Source: Squalus acanthias (taxonomy: Eukaryota). Taken from it: a DNA stretch of 64,000 nt. Position 1 is the first letter of the stretch, and every line of letters begins with the position of its first letter. The translations under genes were made by a program, and so were the position numbers. Location: contig CM059432.1 of the NCBI GenBank assembly GCA_030390025.1, forward strand, positions 152,460,001-152,524,000, in the 5' to 3' direction. Shown piece after piece: positions 38,101 through 51,302 of the stretch. The notes under the pieces are model-generated. The model ran no database searches. It was given only the letters and a program-made list of their open reading frames with translations, and was not told where the DNA came from.

Positions 38101-39956
38101 ATGGCTGATCCCAGTCCCAGGGAGAGTGCTCGCCGTTTCAGCAATCAGGCATTGGAGGCTTTGGTCGCAACAGTCGAAAGAAGGAGGGCAGTGCTGTTCC
38201 TGGCCACTGGCAGGAGGCCATTGCCCCAGGTCTTCAGGGCAATGTCTCGGCCAGCAGTGTGGTCCTCAGGACCCTCACACAGTGCCGTAAAAAATTCAAC
38301 GACCTCACTCGGGTGGTCAGGGTGAGTACATGCTTCAACAAGTCCTACATACCAGCATCTGAACCTCAGTCTGTACACACGGCACAAACCACCACACCTC
38401 CACCACTCACCCACCAAGCATCTCCACCTACTCAAACTCACATCCACATCTCACGCCTTGCCTACAATCACAGCTATTCAACTATGTCAGGCACATCTCC
38501 CAAACACACAGCTGCACACTCACTCATACACTTTCCTTTCTCTGGCAGGCCAAGCTGGGCCACAATAGGAGGGAGCAGCAACGAACAGGCGGGGGTGAAG
38601 CGGACATCCAACAGCTTACAGACCTGGAGGAGCGAGTGTTGAGAGTCATTGGCGCCCAGGCGGGGGTGCCGTGGCCGTCGGCGACATCGACCCTCTTGAG
38701 GGCAACAACAGTATGTTCATCCCCTCTCCTTCTTTCATCCCACTTCCGCCTCACGGCAATAGCCTTTCCCACTTTCCAGCTCATTATAATGTCTGCATTC
38801 CTTGCTCCCTTCCTGCCCCCCTGCCCTCACCTTCCAACACGAGTGTTGTGCCTTTATGCTTTCAGGTAATCAGCAACCAGATGACCAGCCTGTCGCTGAG
38901 CCTCCCAGTGAGAGTGAGGCGGGAGAAGAGGAGGAGGAAGAAAGCATCGCATCACTGCATGTCTCACCTGCAGGCACCACCTCAGATATTGGGAATACGC
39001 GATCTTTAGAGGCAAGTTTAGTCGAGGGGTCTGCACTGGGTGATGCACCGGGGAAAAGGGTAGCTCGGGAGCCAGCTCCCCGGAGGGGGAGTTCGTACGC
39101 GAGTTCTGCTGCACAGGACTCAGATGAGGACCTTGATGGGGAGGCGTTCACATGAAGGGTGATGGGCATGCAGACAGAGATCATAGATACAATGGCAAGG
39201 GTGCCTGAGAGCCTCTCGGCAATGGTAAGGAGCGTGGAGGAGTCCACCTCCAACATTGCACAGAGCTCTGCATACACGACGGAGCCCATCCTTGGCAGTC
39301 TGCAAAGGATGGTGGACTCCCTGAGAGACCATGGGGACCCAGACCTCATGCCGTGTGTCATGGGCGATATGGCAGCATCCATTGCAGCACAGGCGGAAGC
39401 TACGCAACGTCTTAGTGCTGTAATGCAGTCAATGGTTGCTGCCATCAAGTCTCAGACTGCTCTCATGCAGTCTCAGCTTGATGCGACGCTAGCTCTGACT
39501 GCTGCCATCGTCGCTGGGTCTACCACAGTCCACCAGGGCTTTCACGGTGTTGCAGCAGGCCAGCAATCTGTGCTCCAGCAGATTGGTAGGGATGCTGAGG
39601 TGCTGCCCTGGGGGAGTGGCAGTGGGTCAGTGGAGCAGGAACCTGCTGTCCTCTCTCAGGATGACAGCATTCCTGCTCCCACCACTGCCACTCCACCATT
39701 GCCCTTGTCGCTCCCTGTCATCCAGCCAGGCCAGACTGCTGCCGCCCAGCCTGAGGTGGTGCAGTCTACAGCCGGGCCTTCCAGGCCCAGAGCTGGTCGA
39801 GGGCGTCCTGCAAGGCCATCTGTAGTCTCTGGCACCGACACTCAGCAGCCTTCCACCAGCCCTGCTGCAGTCACTGGGGACACACTACGTAGGAGCAGTA
39901 GATTAGGAAAAGGCACTGTAAAGAGGGGAAGTAAGGGTTTGCACAAGGGTGATTAG
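38101..39956 (+). pseudogene. Harbinger Myb/SANT-like (NAIF1/MSANTD-type) gene, 3 exons: 38101-38321, 38549-38710, 38866-39956
   Basis: RESARRFSNQALEALV..RRAVLF; RTLTQCRKKFNDL then gtgagt; cag then AKLGHNRREQQRTGGG; frameshifts and a TGA at 39153. Confidence 0.85.
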
Positions 39957-40103
39957 TTAATATTGTTGTTGTATATATGTGTTTACTGAATGTTGATAAA
40001 TTTATTAATGGAATGTTGCTGATTTTGTGGTGTCTCTCATTTCAGCTTTGCGCTGTGATATGGCATGCAAAATGGATGGAATGATGGGGATGTGGGGTAG
40101 AAT

Positions 40104-41250
40104 TTATTGGAACCATAGTCTGATGAGGCGGTCACGGACTGCCCTTCCAGAAGGCCGATTGAGTGGCTGCCTCCTCCCTCGCTGCTGTTCCTCCTCCTCC
40201 TCTCCGTCTTCCTCCTCCTGAGGTGGGCTTGCTATGCCTGGTGGCAATGGCTGGGCCCTCATGATGGCCAAGTTGTGCAGCATGCAGCACACCATGTCGA
40301 AAAGGGACACCCACTCAGCCGAGTACTGGAGGGCTCCTCCTGAGTGGTCAAGACAGCGGAACCGTTGCTTGAGCACTCCGATGGTTTGCTCGATGATGTT
40401 CCTGGTGGCGGCATGGCTCTCATTGTATGAGTGCTGAGCAGCAGTGTTGGGGTTGCGGAGGGGAGTCATGAGCCAGGTGGAGAGCGGATAGCCCTTGTCT
40501 CCGACCAGCCAGCTGCGAGCTTGATGTGGTGGCTGAAAGAGTGTTGGAACACCGGTCTGGCACAAGATGAAGGCATCGTGGCTGCTGCCAGGATAGCAGG
40601 CATTGATGGTGAGGTTTCTCTGTCTGTGGTCTCACCCCAACTGCACATTAAGTGAGTGGTAGCCTTTGCGGTTACGGAAGATCTCAGGATTGTTATACGG
40701 CGCCCGCAAAGCCACGTGGGTGCAGTTAATGGCGCCTGCACCATGGGGAAGCCTGCTATCCTGGCAAAGTCACATGCACGCTCGTCCTGCTTCTCTCTGG
40801 TGATGGGGAAGGAAATGTAGTCCCTTCTCCTTCTGTAGAGAGCCTCAGTGACCTCCCGGATGCATCAATCGACAGCGAACTGCGAGATGTTAGCTATGTC
40901 TCTGCTGCAGACTGGAAGGATCCGCTGGTGTAGAAATTGAGGGCGACGGTGATCTTGACTGCCCCTGAGAGAGCCGTGGTGGTCCTGATCTGAGGCTCGA
41001 GGTCTGGCTGCAGGAGGTGGCAGAGCTCTGTGACCACCTCCTTGGTGAAGCAGAGCCTTCTAAGACACTGCCCCTCAGTTAAATTCATGTCGGAGAAATG
41101 CTCCCGGAATACGCTGGGAGGGTAAGGCCTCCTGTTGAGAGCCCTGTTGACCCTCCTCCCTCTGGCCACATTTTCCAATCTCTGTCTCTGCCTCCGATGC
41201 CTCTGATGTTGATGCTGGAGGGCGAGGTCGAGTGCCAGTACAGCCCCTAT
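40104..41250 (-). pseudogene. Harbinger transposase (HARBI1-like DDE nuclease), frameshifted
   Basis: RRPYPP.VFREHFS, VALNFYTSGSFQ, WLVGDKGYP, IEQTIGVLKQRFRCLD, CCMLHNLA in ORFs 40894-41178 and 40104-40565. Confidence 0.92.
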
Positions 41251-41857
41251 TAACGTATCCAGGTGTAGGAGTTTGAAATCTCAGCACAATGAGACTGACA
41301 AAATTTTAGCGGCCACAACACCCCTAAAACTAAGAAACGTTTACCTCACTGAAAACGGCTCTTTCGCTGTGTCAAACTGAGAAGGCAGCATTGATTGGCC
41401 ACTAAAATGAAAGGGATGTTGATCCCTTTAAATACCGCTCCTACAGCGGCCGTCCGACTGCATCACGCCTCCTCTTCCTGCCGTTGTTCATGGCAGGTAC
41501 TAAGGCAGGGGGGGCGACAGTCAATTTTGCATCTGGGCCATTCCACACGCCTTGACGTCACGATCTGGCAGTCGCTAAAGGCGTTTGCACTAAATGTTAT
41601 CGGCAGCGCTAAATCCCAGGTGAATATCGCGTGCAGCGTTGGATTCGCCGCGTCCCGTTGCAAACCCATTAACGCCCCGTTAGCACACCCCAGGCGCTAA
41701 CGGGAGGCGCTAACATGCCGAATTTCTCCCCCTAATTGTTCAAGCCCCAATCCGAGCACTAAATCCAGGCTAATACTGCGGTGTAGTACTAAGGATGGTA
41801 TAGGAAGTGTCCTTCTGACGTGATGTAAAACCCAGTAGGACACTTCCTACACCATCC

Positions 41858-42500
41858 ATGTTGGCCTTTATTGCAAGGGGGTTGGAGTACAAGAGTACGG
41901 AAGTCTCGTTACAATTGTACAGGGCCTTGGTGAGACCACACCTGGAGTACTGTGCACAGTTTTGGTCTCCTTATCTGAGGAAGGATATACTTGCCTTAGA
42001 GGCGGTGCAACAAAGGTTCACTAGATTGATTCCTGGGATCAGAGGGCTGTCCTATGAGGAGAGATTGAGTAGATTGGGCCTAAACTCTCTGGAGTTTAGA
42101 AGAATGAGAGGTGATCTCATTGAAACGTATAAGATTCTGAGGGGGATTGACAGGGTAGATGCTGAGAGGTTGTTTCCCCTGGCTGGAGTGTCTAGAACTA
42201 GGGGGCATCGTCTCAGGATAAGGGGTCGGCCATTTAGGACTGAGATGAGGAAGAATTTCTTCACTGAGAAGGTTGTGAATCTTTAGAATTCTCTACCCCA
42301 AAGGGCTGTGGATGCTGAATCGTTGAGTATATTCAAGGCTGAGATAGATAGATTTTTGGACTCTAGGGGAGTCAAGGGATATGGAGACCGGGCGGGAAAG
42401 TGGAGTTGAGGTTGAAGATCGGCCATGGTCTTACTGAATGGTGGAGCAGGCTCGAGGGGCCAGATGGCCTACTCCTGTTCCTAATTCTTATGTTCTTATG
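41858..42500 (+). mobile_element. 5'-truncated CR1 LINE
   Basis: ORF 41858-42286 LVRPHLEYCAQFWSP..RRMRGDLIETYKIL; tail ttcttatgttcttatg. Confidence 0.95.
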
Positions 42501-42504
42501 TCCC

Positions 42505-43127
42505 AGTGCTCCTACAAGGTGCTACCCTGGCTGGCTGACAATAAACAGCAAGGTCACTGGCGGAGTTGCAGTAGTGGGTGGATGAATGCTGTCACCCTGA
42601 GAGAGGACAGCGGGATCGGCCTCCACGGATCAATTGTTGCTCCCCCGGGGCAGCGCCTCAGCAACCCTAGTAATCTGATGAGTACAGACTGCTGGGCTGC
42701 TGTGACACCCTGCAAGCCCCTTTCAACACTGGTAAACCCAGCCATAATGGCAGCAGTCTGTGCTTGCATGTCTTCAGTCTGAGCTTCCATTGCAGCACTC
42801 ATGTGTTGGGTGGCTTCTGCTTGTGCTGCAATGGAAGCTGAGACTTTGGCCATCAGACGCGGCATGATGGTTGGGTCCACGAGTGCGTCTACAAGGATCT
42901 GCCCAGCCCTTCCACGCTGGAAAGGATGGGCTCCAAGCTCTGCCCAAAGCCCTGTGCAAGGCTGGAGCTGGACTCCTCCATGCTCCTTGACACTGCATTC
43001 AGGTTTTCTGGCAGGCCTGCCAAGGCACCAAGCATTCCATTGTGCAAACTCATCAGCGTTCTTCTGTAGGTCGCCTCATCAAAGTCTTCATCTGAGTCCT
43101 GTGCAGCAGAACTCGTGAGCGACCTCA
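42505..43127 (-). mobile_element. Harbinger Myb-gene last-exon fragment
   Basis: SSAAQDSDEDFD and ASIAAQAEATQ match 39100-39700. Confidence 0.85.
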
Positions 43128-43735
43128 CCCTTTTGCACTCCCTCTTCTAAGTTTAAAGCTATGCCCTCCTGTTGTAGATTCTGTGACTATGTTAAATACA
43201 TTGATGCTTATCCTGTCTATATCCTTTAGAATTTTGAATACTTCAATAAGATCACCCCTGAACCTTCTCTTCTCCAGTGTAAAGATCCCCAGCTTCTGCA
43301 GCATCTTCATTACTCAGGGCATAATTCCAATCATCATTTTAGTTGCCCTTCACTGGATCCTCTCCACTACAGTGAGGCTGGACTCGAGGTCTGTACAAAC
43401 TTCATCACTTCCTGAGATCTGTGCTCTGTTCCCCTGGCATTACAGCCCAATATCCTATTTGGTCTCTTTACTGCTGCCACACACTGTGTCGATGCGTTCA
43501 GTGACCTATCCACCAAGTACACCCAAACCCATTTTGTGTGTTGTGCCCTATAGAATAATACTGTTCAGCTTCTACTACCACTGTTTATTATTGTGTCCTA
43601 AGCTTGTGACTTTATCCACATGAATTGAAATCTGACACACGTCAGCCCAGCTCCCCATTCTTTCCAGGTCCTTCTTTATTTGATCAGCCTGCACCCTCCC
43701 TGTCATGCCCAGTTTGATATCACCTGCAAACTTGG
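43128..43735 (-). mobile_element. Old CR1 fragment
   Basis: LGIFTLEKRRFRGDLIEVFKIL; KFAGD at ~43720. Confidence 0.75.
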
Positions 43736-43738
43736 AGT

Positions 43739-43899
43739 GGGTAATTTTGACTTTCGGTGACAGTGTGAAATGGGTAATATCGATTCAGCCGCTGGTTATA
43801 CATCTCTCTCGATTTTCATGTCCAAATGGAGAGATGTATAATGGCCAGCTGAATCAATATGAGCCCATTTTACACTATCACCCAAAGTCAAAATTACCC
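43739..43899. mobile_element. Palindromic ~160-bp MITE (Harbinger-like ends)
   Basis: GGGTAATTTTGACTTT...AAAGTCAAAATTACCC; the arms pair almost to the centre (ttatacatctct / agagatgtataa). Confidence 0.8.
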
Positions 43900-44026
43900 C
43901 CCCGGAAAGTTTTGTTTCTGTCCACACTTCTAAGCCATCTATGTACAGTATTGTATGTGCATATATGACACAACACAGGCATAACTCTCCTTTCAATATC
44001 TGTTTGGTTCCCTTGTGCCCTCACAG

Positions 44027-44211
44027 GAGTTGCCCACACAAGAATGCAATTGAGATCAAGTAGCTTGACACTGTTCGGCAAAAGCAGATTAATATCATAG
44101 AAACTGGACGAGTGAAGCTCGAAGTAGCTCTACAGCCGTCTGAACCCTGAGAGTGCTGCAGCCTCGAAAATACCATCAAACTGGTTTTTTCGTATTTTGT
44201 AACAAATACAG
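44027..44211 (+). pseudogene. Candidate exon B (185 bp, two in-frame stops) of unidentified host gene
   Basis: Pyrimidine tract plus cag; SCPHKNAIEIK*LDTVRQKQINIIETGRVKLEVALQPSEP*ECCSLENTIKLVFSYFVTNT, then G|gtttcc; phase 2 to 1. Confidence 0.35.
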
Positions 44212-45222
44212 GTTTCCTTTTGATGTTGGAATTCCTATCTTCTGTTACTATTTCTCACGGTGGCCATTATGATCTCTGAGTTTTTCTATAACATTGCAGT
44301 ATCAGGCTATGATTATAATAACAGCTGACAGGAACAAAAGTTTTACTGAGAAATAAGGGACTATAGGGAACTGGATGGTACAGTGAGTTAAAACACTGGG
44401 GGGAAAATTCAGTTGGTTAGCGCCTCCTGTTAGCGCCTGCAGAGGGCGCTAACAGGGCGCTGATGCAGTAGCGCCGGGGCGAGGCGAATCTGGCGGCACA
44501 CGGCAAATCCGGAACCTCCATTGTGCCGCCTGTACGAGGTACCACCGGGGACTTCAACACCAGGTAGATCATGACGTCAGTGAGCATGCAACACTCACTG
44601 GGCGCCCGATCTGCCAAATTAATTATGGACACTTAGCTTTGCGCCTCGACCAGACAGCGACAGGGAGAGGAGGCGCACAGCTGCAGGACGTCGGCTCCAG
44701 GGACATTATTTAAAGGCATCCACATTAATCACTCGCAGCTGTCGGGGCAGGTTAGTTTCTGTGGTCTCTTGTCAGTTTCAGCCAGTGGATGAGTTTGCAT
44801 GAGTAATTTCAAGGTTCTTTTTTATCAGCAGTGTTCTGGCAAGTGCAAAGTGGCTACATTTATTGTTCAAAGATTCAAACTGCTACACTTGGCAACATTA
44901 ATGGGGGCTGTACTGACGCCACCTCGCCCTGCAGGATCTACGGTGGAGGGAGCGGAGGCAGACAGAAATACGGGAACACGTGCGCAGAGGGATGAGGAGG
45001 GACATCAGGGCTCTCACCAGGATGACTTAAACCCCAGATCCCTTTTGCTCACCACATGCCCATCATACCATCCCTGTGTCATGCCATATCACAGCGTCCT
45101 CCTGGGCACAAAGGTGAAACAAGAGAGACCACAAAATATTGCAAACTCCATTAATAAATTTATGCATAAACATATCACACATATCACATTTTTTGTTTTT
45201 GTTTCTGAAATCGAGTTTGAGA

Positions 45223-45935
<713 letters not shown>

Positions 45936-46977
45936 CACATTCATTCTAATAACTAATGACCCTTGTGCCTGCCATAGTTGAATAGCTGTCATTGTGTGCA
46001 AGGTGTGAGATGTGGGTGTGAGTGTTGGTAGGTAGAGATTGTTGGTGGGTGAGTGCTGGGGGTCTGGTGCTTTGGGCAGTGTGTGAAGCTTGTGGTACAG
46101 ATGGTGGTATGTAGCATTTGTTGAAACATTCAATCACCCTGACCACTCGACTGAGGTGGATCTGCCATGAGCACACCTGCTTCAGTCCTCCGGCTCCTCC
46201 TCCTTGTCCTGCTTCTCCTTGCTGAGGCAGCTGCACAGCCAGCAATGCTGAGAATGAGGTGCTGCAGTATCAATGAACCTCCCCTTTAAGTACTGAGAAA
46301 AACCTGTGGCGATGATGAGTTGCGATTAGACTGCACCCAATATTGGTCCACCCTTTCAGTGTAACGCCACTAAGCCAGGCCTTTAAGACTTGATTTAGCG
46401 CCCCAATCATTTCTTTGAGCAGTGAGAATGAATTTTGCGTGCAGTCTAAAGCATTAGCGCCTGGCACTAATTCTCAAACTTTTGTAAAGATATCGCTCAT
46501 TCCTGGGCTATAATTAATTTCTAGCCCAATTATCTTTTCACCTCTGCTACATGGGTTTGAACTGCTTTTAACTGATATGATGAAAGTTTCTCTTTGAAGG
46601 CTGTAAGGGTTGGAAATGTTGGATAGTATCAACTTAGTTGTACAGGGTGCAAGCTTATAGCATAAACTTGTACATAACCAAATACAAACTGTCAGGCTTA
46701 CTCAGAGAAGCCATTAGGATGGCAGGTGTGGGATATAGAAATGTAATGGTTACTTTTCTCAGGTTGGGATTAAGAGATGCTGTTGGTAAAGTAGCTTGAC
46801 TCTAGATATTTGAGAGACTTGCATTGCCCACCATTTATCTAAGTCCATATATCCAATAGAGACAAGGCCTGGAAAACTGGGTGGTACAGTGCACTGCCCT
46901 TTGATCTCTGGGACCCAAGTTAAAATCCAACCCACTCTAATAATAGGATGAAAGTCTCCTCTGTCTGTTGGCTATAA

Positions 46978-48164
46978 GGGGGAAAAATTAGGTCGCACCC
47001 CGTTTGGGGCGCAAATATCGTCTGGACGCAAATATTAGCGCCTGGCGCTAATTATCGCCACTGACTGGAAACTTCACTTTTACCGCCCCGGGAGGTGAGT
47101 GGAGCGCTAAATCAGGCGCTGCACACCTGTCTTAAGGCGCAAAGGCCGAGCAGTGAGGCGCTAACTCAGCGTGCGAGCGCAGCGCAGCTGCTGCCAGTTA
47201 GAAACATAGAAACTAGGAGCAGGAGTAGGCCATTCGGCCCATCGAGCCTGCTCCACCATTCAATACGATCATGGCTGATCATCCAAATCCAGTACACTGT
47301 CCCTGCTTTCTCACACAGAATCCCCGTCGAGCCTGCACCGACACATATCCCACCCTATCCCCGTAACCCCACGTATTTAATTCCCCCTAACATATCCCTT
47401 GCTATCCTATCCCCGTAACCCCACATATTTAATCCCCCCCTAACACTAAGGGTCAATTTATCATAGCCAAATCAACCTAATCCGCACATTTTTGGACTGT
47501 GGGAGGAAACCGGAGCACCCGGAGGAAACCCACGCAGACACGGGGAGAATGTGCAAACTCCACACAGACAGTCACCCGAGGCCAGATTCGAACCCGGGTC
47601 CCTGGCGCTGTGAGGCACCAGTGCTAACCACTATGCCACCGTGTTGCCCATAACACAGACACACTGGCGCCGGCCAGTTCTTAAAGCGGGGGGGGGGGCC
47701 AACTGTTAGGATCAGTAGGCAAAACTACCTCACAAAGCGTTGAGTCAATGCAGAAGTCTCTCTTTCTCTCTCTCCGAATCGCTCTCTCTCTCTCAGAACG
47801 AGTGGTGCAAAAATGTCAACCACAGAAAAAGACAGGAAGAGGCCCCCTTTAAATAGCGCCCCCCCCAGCCCCACAGCGATTGACAGCGTTCCAGTCTTCC
47901 GGTCGTTGGATGCACCAGGCGGTAAGGCAGGGGGCGCCACTCAATTTCCGCTCCGGGCCGCCACAAGGGCGTTGCACCATGGAATGACGTCACAATCTGC
48001 GCGCGCAGGTGGTCGCAGCGGTAAAGTTTAGTGCCGCCGCACAATGTCTAGTTAAGTTCCCGAGCGGCGCAAACATCGCTGCGCCTGGGCGTTAGCGGCT
48101 TTGCGCCCCATTAGCGCCCTCTTAAGGCGCTAACGGGAGGCGCAACCAACTGAATTTTTACCCC
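46978..48164. mobile_element. Harbinger MITE (same family as 26450-27342, inverted) with SINE/CR1 insertion
   Basis: GGGGGAAAAATT...AATTTTTACCCC; TSD TAA at 46975-46977 and 48165-48167. Confidence 0.92.
47199..47649 (-). mobile_element. HE1-like V-SINE followed by a CR1 3' tail
   Basis: tRNA head gggcaacacggtggcatagtggttagcac..gggttcgaatc; V-domain tgtgtggagtttgcacattctccccgtgtctgcgtgggtttcc; CR1 tail at 47199-47310. Confidence 0.9.
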
Positions 48165-48319
48165 TAAGGATTTTAGACGAAGTGAGTTTGGGCAGCCTCA
48201 TTCCACTTTCTCGCGGGCATAGGCCTTAAGCACAAAACTGTCACTCGGAGAGCCCACATGATGGCAGGGGTGGGAAATGGAAAACAAACCACACTAGTGC
48301 AGTATGGGGCGCTCGCCTT

Positions 48320-48682
48320 TTTTTTCATTCTCGGGAGGTGGGAGTCACTGGTGAGGCTTGCATTTATTGCTCCTCCCTAGTTGCCCTTGAGAGGGTGGTG
48401 GTGGGCCTTCTTCTTGAACCGCTGCAGTCTATGTGGCGAAGATTCTCCCACGGTGCTGTTAGGTAGGGATTTCCAGGACTTTGATCCAGCGACAACGAAG
48501 GAACGGAGATATATGTCCAGGTCGGGATAGTATGTGACTTGGAGGGAAACTTGGAGGTGATGGTGTTCCCATACACCTGCTAACCTTGTCCTTCTAGATG
48601 GTGAAGGTCACGGGTTTGGGAGGTGCTGCTGAAGAAGCCTTGGCGAGTTGCTGCAGTGCATCCTGTAGAAAGTACATACTGC
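48320..48682 (-). mobile_element. 3' fragment of the LINE family at 12347
   Basis: RMHCSNSPRLLQQHLPNP and the same 3' tail. Confidence 0.85.
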
Positions 48683-49937
48683 AGTTTCAGGTTGGGGTTG
48701 AGGCATGTTGTTGGAGCAGAGTGGAGGGAACTTTATACTGCACCTGAAATGGGAGAATTCCATTCCCCAACACTCACATCTCTCATCTTGATGAGTGTTG
48801 AAAAAAAGATCCACAAAACACAGTCCAATAGCTGTTCAGATAGGGTTTACAATCAGACATCTGTAACAATGACGGTCATAATATTCACTTTTAAATCAAA
48901 ATCCGGACAATATAAGAGATAACTAACTGACTTCGCATCTGAATAATTAAATTTCAATGCTTGCTTTGACAAGTCCCTTTGTGCTGATATCTTGTTTCAT
49001 TGTATTTTCAAGAAAACTGATGTTTGGTTTGAGTATCAATTTATAGAAGATGCAGAAGGGGAAAAAAATAAGGAACCCAGGTTGTAAATGATTAAAGTCT
49101 GCACCATAAAGGGTTCTGCAAGCAAGGTGGGACAGGGCAGATTACAGAGTGAAGAGCGCCCATTACTGCCTGCTCACTTGGTCAAAACAAGGTTGTGCCC
49201 TTGATTACTGGTCTAGAGCTTGTTGATCTGAGCTTCTGGATCCGCTACACAAACACGTTCTGCATAGTTTGTAGGCTTGTACACTGATTTAAAACCCTGT
49301 TACACTCTTCACAGCTTGCTGCAAAATTCAGAGTGCTCAGCCTCTGACCAGTCCTCTGCCTACTAGCTCAAATTTTTCTGAAGGGTCCCAAATATCCCTA
49401 CAAACCTTTACTTAATTGTTATTCCAGGGATGAATAAGTGAGCCTCCTACTACACAGTTCACCAGTTTAGTGTTATTAATTTACTGCTTTTATTTTGTTC
49501 GCTGGCTACATGTTCCTGAGTTCTTCGGGTCGCTGCTTAACTTGTCCATACAAGTGACTATAACATTTAGAATCATTGTGCTTTCAAGCGCGGGCTTGAC
49601 TAGCAAGCTGTTTTTCTTTGCCTCTCTCTATTAAGTTGCCATCTGTACAGGGTGTTCAGTGTTTCCATGAGATTTAACTGCCATCTTTCCAGAGCAAAGT
49701 ATTTGTTGCGCGGTCTTTTTCTCTCGACATTCTCTGAAGGGAAGATGTGTCAGTTGTTTATCTGAAACTAACAGAACCGTATTTATCATGAAAGCTTTAC
49801 AGCCTCGGTAATTAAAAGGTGCACAAGGGGAAGCACTTTTATTCCGAGTGGCACGTGGGAATACTTCGATTTCTTTGTGATGTGGGAAAGTACTCCAACA
49901 TCAATTTAGTTAGTGTGCATGTGGGATCTTGCAGTTA

Positions 49938-50200
49938 GAATCATCACAGAATCATATAGGGTAGAAGGAGGCCATTTGACCACCATGTCTGTGTCGGCTC
50001 TTTGAAAGAGCTACCCAATTAGTCCCACTCCCCCGCTCTTTCCCATAGCCCTGCAAATTTTTCCTTTTCAACTGTATATCCAATTCCTTTTTGAAAGTTA
50101 CTATTGAATCTGCTTCCACCGCCCTTTCAGGCAGCGCGTTCCAGATCACAACAACTCGCTGCGTAAAAATACAAATCTCCTCATCTCCCCTCTGGTTCTG
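49938..50200 (-). mobile_element. CR1 3' fragment
   Basis: IWNALPERAVEADSIVTFKKELD. Confidence 0.88.
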
Positions 50201-50359
50201 TTGTTACAGTTAGTTTCCCAGGGTCAGTATTTACGCTGTGACACCATTATCCCTTAGTCTGGGCAGAAGAGCCTGAGTTTGTGCTCAGAAACCTGGGTAA
50301 AATGCATATGTGAGTGGCATATGGAAATAGTATTATGGGTGATAAATATTGTAGGATCA

Positions 50360-50768
50360 GAGAATCACAGAGTTTTATAGCACAGGAGGAGGTCATTCAG
50401 CCCATCATGTCTGCACCAGCTCTCTGAAAGAGGAATCCATTTAAACCCATTCCTCTGCTCTTTCCCCAAACCCGAATATTTTTTATTTTTCAAATATTTA
50501 TGCAGTTCCCTTTAAAAAGGTGTCATGGATTCTGCTGCCACCACTGTTTCTGGCAGGGTATTCCATGTCCTAACAACTCCCTGCATGAAAAGCTCTCTCC
50601 TGACTTGCCCCTTCATTCTCTTGGTGACGATTTTAAATTCATCTCTCTCATTACCGACTCACTGAACAATGGAAATAGTTTTTCCCTATTTACGTTATAA
50701 AATCCCTAAGGAATTTGAACACTTCTATAAGATCTCCTCTTTTCCTTTTCTGTTCTAATGAGAAAAGC
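50360..50768 (-). mobile_element. Old CR1 3' fragment
   Basis: Degenerate CR1 3' end similar to 49938-50200 and 55848-56300. Confidence 0.7.
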
Positions 50769-51183
50769 CAACACAAAGCAGTCTTTGCAATGGTACTCAC
50801 CCTGAACTCAATCAGGAAAGGTTGAAAAGATAACCACACAGGTACATATGAATTGTAAAAGGTAAATTAATTTCATTGAGTTAATTTCCTCAGATGGCTT
50901 GAGTTAAGCAGCATGAGTCTAATGAATCTACTTCAATATTTTGGTAGTTATAACATTAATATGTCTCCCATTTGAGTTTGAATCCAGCCTCTGCCAAAGG
51001 GGTCATTACCTTGTACATCCCCTTCAAAGCTGGTTCTATTTGTGTGTCACAATCGTCAGGCCCAGCTCTTGGACTTTGGGCCTGGTTGATTGTTGGGTAC
51101 TCTACCTGTTATGCTTCCTGTGTTTTTTTATCTTTATCTCTCATTCTTTTCCTTTACATTATTTTTGTTTTTCACACATACAG

Positions 51184-51260
51184 GTGTGCTGTACCAGCGC
51201 AGCACAATCTGCATGTTTGTGCATTATCACATTTTCGATGACTCACATGTCCTCATCAAG
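51184..51260 (+). CDS. Candidate exon C (77 bp) of unidentified host gene
   Basis: Long pyrimidine tract plus acag; open frame GVLYQRSTICMFVHYHIFDDSHVLIK; strong donor AAG|gtgagg; phase 1 to 0. Confidence 0.5.
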
Positions 51261-51302
51261 GTGAGGACGGTCGGCGCTCCTAAATTACATATTTAGCACT
51301 GA

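Larger units (their letters stand above)
26287..41732. mobile_element. Two-gene PIF/Harbinger transposon (decayed) carrying a MITE and a 10.6-kb minisatellite
   Basis: Right TIR CCGAATTTCTCCCCC followed by TAA; left end TAA then TTCGG (outer TIR bases missing); convergent Myb/SANT and HARBI1-like genes. Confidence 0.85.

Noticed and set aside
27289..38108. Giant ORFs (up to 2360 aa) as a repetitive protein gene
   Set aside because: Long ORFs occur in all three plus frames because the T-poor repeat rarely forms stops; units vary by 2-nt steps, so there is no frame conservation.
38101..41250. Domesticated host HARBI1/NAIF1 genes
   Set aside because: Frameshifts and stops, TIR/TSD context and multiple decayed paralogues in the window indicate transposon copies.
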